Source: Podarcis erhardii | Lineage: Eukaryota | Assembly: GCA_964252035.1 (NCBI GenBank) | Contig: OZ176202.1 | DNA length: 64,000 nt | Reading direction: 5' to 3' (one strand) | In this document: positions 50,733 through 61,900 of the stretch, in pieces | Position numbering within the stretch: position 1 is the stretch's first letter | How the letters are laid out: every line of letters begins with the position of its first letter | Notes under the pieces: model-generated | What the model was told of the DNA's origin: nothing | Databases searched by the model: none | The model's input: the letters and a program-made list of their open reading frames with translations, nothing else | Made by a program: the position numbers and the translations under genes

Positions 50733-51942
50733 CTGGGGGGTGGAATCAACAATAAAAAAATCAGAAGGAAGAGTTATCCATTTATTTTTCACTTTGAAAG
50801 CCCCTTTTCTAAGGTACACGCTGGATTTGCCTTCACGTTTCATGAAAATGGCAACAAGAGAGTAACAATTGCTAAATTTCTACAAGCCTGAGATTGAGAC
50901 CTCTGCTCCATACTGGAAAAGAGTGGAACTTCCTGAAACACAACTTCTTCCCTGATAATTAGAAGCTAACTGACACACTACTCAGGGGCCAACCCTACCA
51001 TGAGGCAATGTGAGGCAGTCGCCTCAAGCAGCAGATGCAGAGGGTAGATCTTTCATATTACACAATATCATTCCATTTGAGCCACTCGGGCATCCCCCTC
51101 TGTGGGAGGACAAGGTAGCATGTGCCACAGGGCCTGCCCTGTATCCCCAAGCTAGCCTGCTGACCGAAGGTATGGTGGAGATGTTAGGAAAACATTCTTA
51201 AAGAAACAGATAAAAGTTCCTGGAAGCTTTAAAGAGGGTTCCAGAATTTACTTTAGTGTGTAGAAGTGGCACTCTAGGCTTGACTGGTGTCAGCTAGAGG
51301 TGCAAGTAAAGGGAGGAAGTTGCAGGCTGCAATTTCAGCACGACAAAAGCGCACGCACACACACACACACACGCTGTCAGCACGCAAGCTGCCAACAAGG
51401 TTGGAAGTAAGACAATGTGTGCTGCTGATACTGTGAGTTTTGCTGTGTCGGGATTGTTAATTACTGGACTGAGATTATACCATGCTGGAGAGATAAAGAA
51501 AGAAATAGCTTGTATATAATAGTAACAGAAATGCTTGTGCAACCAGCCAAGCAATAAAAAGCTCTTGACTGTGAATCTGAGTATGACTCTTGTTCTTGTC
51601 CTCTGCCTCCGGGGAAAACTCTGCTACAAACAGTAAGAAGTGGTTTTACCGAGGTGCCGCTACACTAGCAGAAAAGCGCAGTGCAAGTGTGTGAGCGGTA
51701 ACCTCTAATAGGAGAATGCCATCTCACTGGCACAGTTGAAGTATGATTCAACTGCTAATCTGGTTGGCATCTGTACGTGGAATGGTGTGTGTGTGTTTAT
51801 GTTTGCTATCTTGTCCTTTGCCTCCAGCAGCCAAGCATACTAGATGGCCCTGCCACCACAGCACAAGCTAGCAAGTTTAACCTTTTGGAATTATTCAGAA
51901 ATAATTTTGTTTACTAACGTCTTGCACTGCAAAAAGCTAATA

Positions 51943-52168
51943 CAGTGGTACCTCGGGTTAAGTATTTAATTCGTTCTGGAGGTCCATTCTTAACCTGAAA
52001 CTGTTCTTAACCTGAAGCACCACTTTAGCTAATGGGGCCTCCTGCTGCCGCCGCGCCGCCGGAGCACGATTTCTGTTCTTATCCTGAAGCAAAGTTCTTA
52101 ACCTGAGGTACTATTTCTGGGTTAGCAGAGTCTGTAACCTGAAGCGTATGTAACCCGAGGTACCACTG
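51943..52168. mobile_element. Tc1/mariner (Tigger/pogo-like) MITE
   Basis: Perfect 18-bp TIRs CAGTGGTACCTCGGGTTA / TAACCCGAGGTACCACTG with TA duplications on both sides. Confidence 0.9.
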
Positions 52169-53607
52169 TATACACAATTCTCTGCATGTTTTAGAAATCT
52201 AATGGACCGGTCAAACTGACACATGCATCACATCTAACTGCATGGCTCACGTCATCACAAGATGCCCTGGGAAGTCAAGGTAAACACACTCTGGCCTTTG
52301 CCACTGACCAGGGAACAAAGGGCTTCTGGAAGGCTTCATCTCCTGCCTCCGCCCGCCACAGGAGGGACACCACCACAAGGGAAGTCCACCCTGACATTAT
52401 GCAAAAGCCTGAAATGGGGCAGCTGTGGGGCATTTGCTTCTCCCTCTCCCTGCAAGAAAGAACACTTGGCTCCAACTGCTAATTATCCAGGAACTTCAGG
52501 TCAGAAAGGAAGCAAACTCTGACTCCATCCAAGGGACATGAAGCTGATGGGTTGTGTAAGGAATTGTTATTTCAATCACTTGCAAGCTTGCCGTGATGGT
52601 TGTTTAACTGAGAGGGCAAAATAAATAAATAAATAACAATAAAATAACTAAATAACTAAATGAATCAACTGACTTAGCTCCTTGTATCACTTAAGCAGTG
52701 AACATTCGCCTGAACCGTTTACTGGCATAAACAAAAAACTGCATGAATTGGAGCATTTGGAAGCCAAACGCAAAGAGGTACTTCTTTACAGAGGCTGAGA
52801 ATATTGACTGGAACTGCTTGTTTATGTTTTTTAAGTATTCTTTTTTTAATACCCCAAAACTGTTTCACATCCTTCCGCTCCAAAAAGGATTCACTTAAAG
52901 AAGTTAATAAAATATATAGAAACAGACACAAAGGTTTTTTTTAAAAAAAAAATCCATGAAGAATACCTGTTTTAAAGCCGCTGGCTGTATTTTGATAAAT
53001 TTGGTGTCAATTTGTTTTTAAAGTTTGATTTCGTCAGTATGTTTTAATTAATGTTTTTTTGTGAGCCACTTAGGAGATTTTTGCTGATAAGGTGGTATAG
53101 AAATCTTGTTAAATAAATAAAAACGAATAAATAAAATTGTAGGGTTTTTGCAGGAACATTTTTTTGTTTGTTTTGGTGATTTTAACTCATTTATAATGCT
53201 TTGGAATTGAGGAAATGAAGGGCGATATCTAACAATTTTGCATAAGCATACTAACAAACCTCTAAACTAGGGATGATTTTAGCTCTCCTCTTCTGCTGTT
53301 CAGCGGATTCATTTTGCCCCACATTCCTGAGAGCCATTCCAAGATGTTTGTGCAGGCTACATAAGGGGCACTGCTGGAAGGGTACACAAGGGATATTGCT
53401 AGCACCTCATTGATGACCTACCAACTTTCACACTATAAACTCAACTGGACTTTGGGTGAGGTGCAAACAGCTGGTCCAAAATATATTTACAGGGCTTGCA
53501 AAATGCTCCCAAGCGCAATTTACTCAGAAATATTTACAAGTAACTCCAATGTGATTTGTAAGGATTGCAGTCTGGCTCTGCTGCTGCCAATTAGTCAAGC
53601 ATTGTAC

Positions 53608-53760
53608 CTCTTGTTTGGTCTGGTATTGCTGCAACTCTGCCTTGGTATCTTCAATAGCAAGTGCTTCTTTGTGGCCGATCAGCTGGTTTTCCGTCTGTGT
53701 GAGAAGGTCGCATATATCCTGTAATTTTTCTGTGAAATCCTGGTGCTGGTCTGCCAAGTC
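53608..53760 (-). CDS. DST: DST exon, 153 nt (DLADQHQDFTEKLQ...QTKQE), phase 0 to 0
   Basis: aattag|GAC acceptor, GAG|gtacaa donor; ORF 53524..53757. Confidence 0.92.
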
Positions 53761-54341
53761 CTAATTTAGAATAAGAAGAAACCTGAATAGAAATGCTCAG
53801 AGGCTCTCATAGAGGTTAATGTTCAAACAACCAAATTTCAAAGCTTTCACCAGACACTATTTCTGAGAGTATGCTGTAAACATGATAGCAGGTGCACACA
53901 GTTTAAAGAAGCTGAATATAGAAGGTATGAGATAAACCTCACAAATGCTGTAAGTAAAGAGACCAGGTTTTGGATGGAACCGCCCAGCAGAAGTCTGGCC
54001 ATGCATTATGCGTGTGAAAATCCAAATCTCTGAATGGCTTTAAACCTGTAACAGACAGGTATTAATTCTGAAAAGGGGATGGCAAAACAAAGGTTAGTCG
54101 AAAACTATGTGTTAGATCAGTTGGTACATGTAATATTACCCGCATATAAAATGCTATTGTGTTTTAAGCAATACAGAAGCAGACATGCAATGGCACTCAC
54201 TGTTCTTAACGGCACTTTCACCCCTATTAAGTATATTTTTAAAATCCTGCATTTCCTGGCCTGAAGACTCTCCCTTCTCCCTCAACTGATTAAAAAAGAA
54301 ATTGTCCTTCAAAGTTAATCTTGTTCGGTGCTTGCAGACTA

Positions 54342-54502
54342 ATAGAATCACAGAGTTTGGAAGGGACCACAAGGAACATCTAGTCCTACCCCCTGCCATG
54401 CAGGAATCTCAACTAAACCTCTGTTTAAAAACCTCCAAGGAAGGAGAGTCCACAACCTCCCAAAGGAGTTTGTTCCACTGTCAAACAGCTCTTACTGTAG
54501 AA
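54342..54502 (-). mobile_element. CR1 LINE 3' end fragment
   Basis: atagaatcacagagtttggaagggacc...gttccactgtcaaacagctcttac is the typical reverse CR1 3' terminus. Confidence 0.7.
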
Positions 54503-54585
54503 CTCTGCTTCTTCTTTTTCCCTGTTAGCCCTACTGCTGACAAATTCCCAATGCTCTTGAGTACATTACCTTCTATACACTAGAG

Positions 54586-54677
54586 CAGATGTAGGGAACC
54601 TTTGGCCCTCCAGATGTTGCTGAACTCCAGCAGTTTTAGTTCATCAATATCTGGAGGCCAAAGGTTCCCCACACCTG
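54586..54677. mobile_element. hAT MITE, internally deleted
   Basis: TIR arms agggaacctttggccctccagat / atctggaggccaaaggttcccc; TSD-like cactagag / tgctagag. Confidence 0.75.
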
Positions 54678-55208
54678 TGCTAGAGTGACCAGACCTCTTA
54701 GAATGCCCTCAATGCAGAACAAGCACCTGTGGCTATTTCACCCACAAAAGGGCAGCACGCAAGTGGCAGAGTGATTCCCCCAAATCACAGAAGCATCCAT
54801 TGTTGCTTCCTGGGACAGGGAGCTGGTTAGATTCCTGAACTAGATGACAAAGCATCCTTCTTCAACAGATACCCAAAGTCTAATGTGCAGTCCCAGGTCT
54901 GCTGCCTCAGCTTTATTAGTTTATTTATGACTCAGCTTTAAAGTCAAAGTCAAATCATTACCCACTGTTGGGTAAAGCATTTTATCATTTCTATATATTG
55001 CTGTTGAAACAAAACTTGCTGTTGAAGGAAGCACACAACTGGTCCCTCAAACATTTATCATGTGGCTCTAGAATTCTGAAGGATAGGTACAGTGGATTCT
55101 TTTGCTTTCGATCTCAGCTAGAGTACAATTTCTGCACTTCAACATTTTGTCACGTCTCCACTTGGGTTCGGTGTCATGCTAAGCACACAATCACACACAG
55201 AAGCAAAC

Positions 55209-55442
55209 CTTCTGGTCAACAAGAACTTGTTCTGTCTGTAAGAGAGTTTCAAAATGGTCGACTTGGGATCTTATTGTCTCTTGCATTTCCTGGAAGCGCT
55301 TCTGTGTGGTATTCAAGAGCCTCAAGAGCTGCTTGCTCTGGTTTGGGGAAAGATCTTGAGCATGCTCAGAAATGAAGAACTGAATATCAAGTGCTGTGGA
55401 TTCCAACTGCATTTTTGTACATTCAAACTCTTTTTCCAGGTC
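55209..55442 (-). CDS. DST: DST exon, 234 nt ([10 protein letters not shown]...LVDQK), phase 0 to 0
   Basis: ttgcag|GAC acceptor, AAG|gtttgc donor; ORF 55191..55448 contains [23 protein letters not shown]. Confidence 0.92.
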
Positions 55443-56274
55443 CTGCAAATTAAGTAATAAAAATAGTTAGCATAAAAAACCCTGCAACAGCTTTTCCCAA
55501 CCTGGTGCTCTCAAGATGTTTTGGCATGCAGCTTCCATAAGTCTCAGTCACCATGGTTATTGGGCCAATAAGAATTGTTACAAATCATCTATCACCAGAC
55601 TGAGGAAGCCTGCCCTATCATTTAATAAAAGGTTAAGCTCACTCACTGATTTTTTTAAATCATTCAAATATCTGATCTGGAATTCACTCTGTATCAGTTC
55701 ATAATCCAGAATCTATTAAAGAATATTACTAGATGTTTAGGTTTGTTGAGCATTCCTCAAATTCATTGACTCGCAACATCAGATCTACATAATGTTAAGT
55801 GTAATGTTGGGGAGGAGAGGGGGGAAACCCCATTGTGTCAGCAGAAGTTGTTGTTCAAGTCTTCTGCTGACACCACCCTTTATTTTTGAATCATTGCACT
55901 GAAGGGAATTACACTGAGGCTGTGTTTGCTACAGTCTTGGTGGACATATATGCAAAATATGTGACTGATAATGAGTTAAATCATAAACTTACTGACAGCA
56001 TTTTCTGATGCTGAGCCTAGCACCAACCTCAAGGAAGAATTACTTTCTACTATTGAGATTTAGAACTTCTGTAACCATTCTGTTAAAACTATAGGAGTGT
56101 TACTTGCCCAAAACCTGACTACCTATCTGAACTAACAATAATCACCCAAACCACCACTACTTTTGAACATGTAGGTTATCAGTAACTAGTATGAATCAGA
56201 GTGGAGATCACCTACAAAACATCATATCTAGAAGTTAACAGTCACTGACAGATTAGGCACCAAGTGATACATGC

Positions 56275-56421
56275 CTTGAGTAACTGAAACCTTTGCTTCA
56301 CATCTTCTATATCACATGTATCCACTTTGAAATTATTCATTATTTCACTCTTCTCCTCAATCCAACCTGTAAACTCCTGAAGCTTGACTAGATGTTTCTG
56401 ATGAAGCACTGAAAGTTTAGC
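56275..56421 (-). CDS. DST: DST exon, 147 nt (AKLSVLHQKH...FQLLK), phase 0 to 0, with a non-canonical GC donor
   Basis: ttctag|GCT acceptor; only AAG|gcatgt keeps frame with the next exon. Confidence 0.82.
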
Positions 56422-57366
56422 CTAGAAAAGTAGTTCAAATAAGATATTTATCCGACAACATCTAAACCAAACTAAAATGAAAACCAAACCAAAAGATTTC
56501 AGTTAGATGACAGTGAAACAAAGCTACTGACATAATTGGAAAAATAAGAAGATACTTTTTCCACTATATACATGTGGCATATTTTAGATCTACAAGAACA
56601 CTTTGCTGACGATACCATTTGCATACGCAAAGTCTATTTAATTCTGACACTTCAACAATGGGCAAAAGGGTTTGTATCACTTATCAAACAAAAATTCTTT
56701 AGGAGAGAGCAAATTCTTTCCAATCCCAGTTACCATTTCACAATAATGGAACTCCTTTTCTTTCAAAACTCACTAAATAATGAGACTAAGAACAAATTCA
56801 TGTACACATGCTTATCAATTTAGGTTGGTATTTTTGTAACGTGCTCTGAGATCATTTAGTGCAGGGTGGGTTATAAGTCTACTACTACTACCACCACCAC
56901 CACAATCAATGGATGATACACAACTGAACATGAAAACATTAAAATGAATTGTTTTAGAAAGCTCTTGTCTGCGGTGCTGATCTATGATCACTGAATCACA
57001 CATGCACATCATCATTTGATGTTCAAGCAATCAAAGGATGCACAAGTTTTTGTATTCACTGTGATTCAGAAGGAATGCAACTGCAATCCTACACACACTT
57101 TCCTACAAATAAGCCCCAATGAACACAGAAGGCACGCACAGAATTGTGCTGCAAGTGATCATTCATTGTGAACAAACTTTTAGAGCATGGGTTTCAGCTA
57201 GCTAGTATCAGGCTATAAATTTGTCACCACGTATGCAAAACCATTTTACAATACTTTTTTGCATTTTACACTTGGTTTTGTTTAAAATGGTTGAACTAAA
57301 TCTAAGTTTGGAGTTGGATAGGTTAAAAATCTATAGAAGTAAAATAGATGTGGGCTATGAACCTAC

Positions 57367-57582
57367 CATTTCAGAGTCTACTGCCAAGACTATTTGCTTT
57401 GCTCGATTTGAAGACATTTCGCAGACCCCAAAGAAATCCTTCTCCAAACATTCATAGCTTTCTTTTAGATCCACAAGCTGTGCTCTGGGAACATCCTTGT
57501 GCTGAAATTTTAGAAACTCTTCTGCTAACTTCATATCTTTTCGCAGAGTAACAGCAAAGCCAGCAAGCCCTGCTTCAAATGA
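57367..57582 (-). CDS. DST: DST exon, 216 nt (SFEAGLAGFAVTLRKDMKLAEEF...VDSEM), phase 0 to 0
   Basis: ttgtag|TCA acceptor, ATG|gtaggt donor; manual translation is open throughout. Confidence 0.9.
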
Positions 57583-58507
57583 CTACAAAAAAATAAATAC
57601 AGATGAGGTGCATTAAGGTCTTGCCTAAAATTAGTAGCACTGCGTGCAAGACAGAAAAAGAAACTTTGCATTTTAGGGAGAAGTACCATTATTCCTAGAG
57701 ATGGCTGGGAGACCTGAAATCCCCAGCCAGTCATGATATTCATGGGCACTCAACAAGTCACTAGCCACCTCACAGGGCTGATGCAAGAATAAAATGGGGT
57801 CACCCCACGTAGAATTGCCCTGAGAACCTTGGGAAATGGCCACACAAATGAGATAAATTAACCCAAGATACACATCTCTTTATTTTGCTATCTCTCATTC
57901 CCCACTCACCTGTCACACTGCTCATATAATTTTCCATACTACGGCAATAGCTCTTCCTCCCACCACTGCTGCACCACCCCTTTCCTTCATCTCAGCATCC
58001 ATCTATCCATGGATACCTTAACTTTAGACATTGTGGCCAGGCTCATCATGCTCTCTTCTCTCTTCCTCCTACAAATTAGCAGGAATGGACTACAAAATGC
58101 ACGCACCATAGAGAGGGAATCACCTATGGAGAGAGTGTAATGTGTAGCCCAAGCCCGTAAATGGGATCAGTGGGGAAAGGACTCAAGAGTGTGCTGTTCC
58201 ATTGATTTGTATTAGATGACAAATGGGTGCACATTTCTGTGCCTTTGGGTGAGAGAAATGTAGGGTGATGATCACTGGCTAGCGTTAAGTATATTTTTAA
58301 TGATTTGTCAAATAGATTTAGCATATTTATGAAAGATAATACATATTTAATTATACTCTTATTCTGATGACTTGTGTTTTGAGGGTCTTATGAGCTACCT
58401 TGAATATATTATTTTGCATGGAAGATCAGCATATAAAGAGACTTAGTAATAATGACATTTGACCTCACTATTTAACCTCGCCTTCTATGTACAGATAAGA
58501 AGCTTAC

Positions 58508-58642
58508 CTCTAACTGCTCAAGTTGTATTTTTAGGTCTTCGAGGTCATTACTGATGGGCTGCAGATCATCCAAGAGAAATTTCATATCTTGAACCACTGT
58601 CAAATGTCTCCTCATATTCTCCAAGTACCAAGAGCATTGCTT
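58508..58642 (-). CDS. DST: DST exon, 135 nt (KQCSWYLENM...LEQLE), phase 0 to 0
   Basis: tttcag|AAG acceptor, GAG|gtaagc donor; manual translation. Confidence 0.87.
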
Positions 58643-58944
58643 CTGAAAATATTATTGTCATTTTAGTGTAACTAGAACTTATCAACACAGTAGCAGAAAA
58701 ACACTTTTAAAAACAAAAAGGAGGGTGTGTGTTTTTAAAAACAAATGCCTGGAGATGCAATTTAAATGTTCATCTGTGATTCTACTATGATGTTAACCAG
58801 GGGACATTCAATTCCTTGTGATAGGCGATATAGGTGCCATGTTTTGATTATGCTAACAAGCGCAAGCACCAAAATGAACCAAAGATGTTTTTCATTTGTT
58901 TTACGTGTCTTTGCTTAAGACAAAAATTGTAAGTTGCTACTCAC

Positions 58945-61900
58945 CATGCTCTTTGAATCAGGTCTTGGTCCAGATTCCTCTGTTTCCAAGGTTTCAGAGA
59001 AGCATTTTGGTTGCTGGTATGGCTTCTCAGGCGGAGGGTATCCTTTCAAACCAAGAGCCTTACTGCATGCTTCAGTACTCTCTCCAGCAGTTTCTGCTTC
59101 TAATCCCGATGAACTTGTAGTTTCTCTTGAGATGGGAAAGGCATGGTCATGCTGAGAAGCGTTTTTCTCCTGCTCTCTTTCTGTCTGGGCTTTCATGTCC
59201 ATTGTCTCACGGGTGCTCTCATTTCTTTGACTGCAGTGGTCTTGTTTCAGTATATCAAGGAGGAGATCAGGACTTCTATTATCAAGCCAAATAGGTGGGG
59301 TAGAAGTAGGTTCGTTTGCATGTATGCACAACGAAGCAGCCATTGAGGCACTTCTAGTATCCTCACTTGTATGCTGGACATCAGATTTGGTAGGGTCCTC
59401 GTTTTCCCAGTGTGTGCTATCAACCATTTTAAGTAAATTTTGCATTAAAGCTTTTGTGCCAATATAACTTAAAGGTTCCTCTTCCTGCTTGCAGTAAACA
59501 TCTTTTATTTTTCCTTTAAGTATTTTTGTTAAGCTTTCAGGTAATGTAGGAGGCACTTCAGAAAAAACAACTTCCTGATCATTGACTGGGGCAGAATTAG
59601 AAAGCATCACATCTTTTAGTGATTGTCGCATTTTTGTCTGGATGCCATTTTGAGAGAAAGTAGGCTCATGGTCTAGAATGTCATCTTCTGCAGGCTTCCC
59701 CACACTACTGTTTTGAGTGACCACTGCTTCATGTGCTTTCTGCTCAGAGCTATTCTGGCTATCATCTCTGGTGCCTAAAGTACTAGAAGAAGATCCAATT
59801 ACCCATGGATCTTCTCCAGAAGCTGTTTCATCAGCCTTGCTCCCTACTTTTCCAATAGCTTCAACATGCTCCATATTGTTGAAGTCACATCTGTAGCTTT
59901 CATCATGATACACCTTGGAATGAGCACTAGCCTCTTTGCTAACTTTATCTCTTGTAGGCTCTGATACAACTGATGCAGGAAAAAGCTGTTGTTTGGGGTG
60001 CAATTCTTTTAGGTGCTGTTTTCCTTCGCAGTTTCCACTTCCTGATACCACAAGCTCCTCTCTATTCTCTTCACTGTCTCTTTCACCTTCCTTTAGGCAA
60101 GATGAACCATTCTCTCTCATCGCCAAGATATCCTTGGCCATTATATCTTTCGCACTTTGCTTTAAATATGTAGAGAGGTCAAACCCCTCTACATAGTCCA
60201 CTGATTCATCTTTAGCAATGTCATTGGAGTCTGTAACCAATGTGGGCTTATTTGAAGTTTGATCAATACTTATTTTTCCATCATATGAGGCAGTAATTTC
60301 ATAACCATTTTTAATAACTGATGAATGAGGCTCCCTAAGGCTTCCACTTGATTCCTGGATATGATCTTCCTTCAGAATGCACACTCCATTTTTATTTTGT
60401 TTCAGCACACCAATTTCTACTTGACTATGTGGCATACTGGTAGATGCTTGTTTTCCATTATCTACTTCTTGTCTTTTCTCACAATTCAAACATGGCATTG
60501 ATATATCATCAAGAATTTTAGCTTCCCTGTGTTCAGCATGTAAGTTTCTTTGAGAAGGTATATCAGACTTGGCACTAATATTTTCTGTTCCAATTGCGTC
60601 TTCTGATGTTGCACCATTGCTTAAGCTTAATTGGGAGGTTTGACTGTTCTGTAATGCAAGATTGTCTTGCATGAAAGGGTCAGAAGCCTGTTCTGTTTCT
60701 TGCTGGCTTCCCTCTTTACTTTTACATGGTAGGTCCTGAATGTTTTCTTTAACAACATCAGCTAAATTTTGATATTCATCAGCACTGTAGCTTTCAGGGC
60801 ACCGTAAACCATTGTTTCCTGTTGCCTCTGAAAGTGCAGACACCTGGACCCCAATGTTTTTATCATGGCACTGAGAGTAATGCATTTCCAATACCTCTTC
60901 ATCTTCATAATCTGTCTCATCATAAGTATCATAATCAAAATCCACATAATCATAACCTTCAAAATCATCCCCACTGTCACTGTCACCATTATCGCTACTG
61001 CCATTATCATCACTATTGCTACTGCCATCATCATCACTGTCATCCATACATATGCTTTCATGTTCACTCTCAGAGTCATCGTCTTTCATTTTAATGCCCT
61101 TGTGCTCACCTCTTTGCATTTTAGCTTCATCCAACTTTTCCAGGGAGCTGTCAATCTCTTCACTTTCTTCCCTTTCTTTTTTCTGACCATTATCTTCTAT
61201 ATCTCTACTGCTTTCTGCCTTGTCTTCTAGAATTGTGCCTAGTAGCCTTGCATTGAATGCTGCCATATTTATAATTTCAAGTGTATCAGAGTCACTTGTT
61301 TCACTAAAGCACAGAATGCATTCTTCTTCCTTACTTAGGTTGCCCGTGGAAGATTTTGCTTTTTCTTGCAGCTTATCTGCTACTCCATTGATAGCTACTG
61401 CACTGTGGACGAGTTCTGGAGTAGCATCTTCTTTAGCAACAGAGGAGTCACCCTTGTTTATTCTGTCTGAGCTATAAACTGTACCATTGTTATGATCAAT
61501 TTGTGGAGCATCACAGGCTTCACTGCAATCTTTATGTTGAGTTGGATCACAAGGATCTTCTGACTGAGTACCATGTTGTCTTTTAGGCAACAGCTCAGAT
61601 TGCTTGCTGTTATTGCCTTCCAGAACTAGCGAGCCACATTCAAATGTTGACTTGCTGTCATTCACAGGTGGTTCATCATGCTTCATACTAGTACTGACTT
61701 CCAGAGGTGATGTGGACTCACTATCAGTATTGATTTTAATGGATGATCCATCAAGAGTGTCAGTAGTGACTCCTACTGGGAGCCCAGCATTTGTATCAAT
61801 GGAATCCTTGAGTGGACATCCAGCATGAGTAATAGCACCGTTTCTCTGAATTGGTCCAATATATTTATCTTCAGTATGATATTCCAACAGTGCAATGCCA

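Noticed and set aside
60762-61230. Overlapping alternative-frame ORFs with Met/Ile/His-rich repeats
   Set aside because: By-products of the GAT/AGT-rich acidic block in the giant exon
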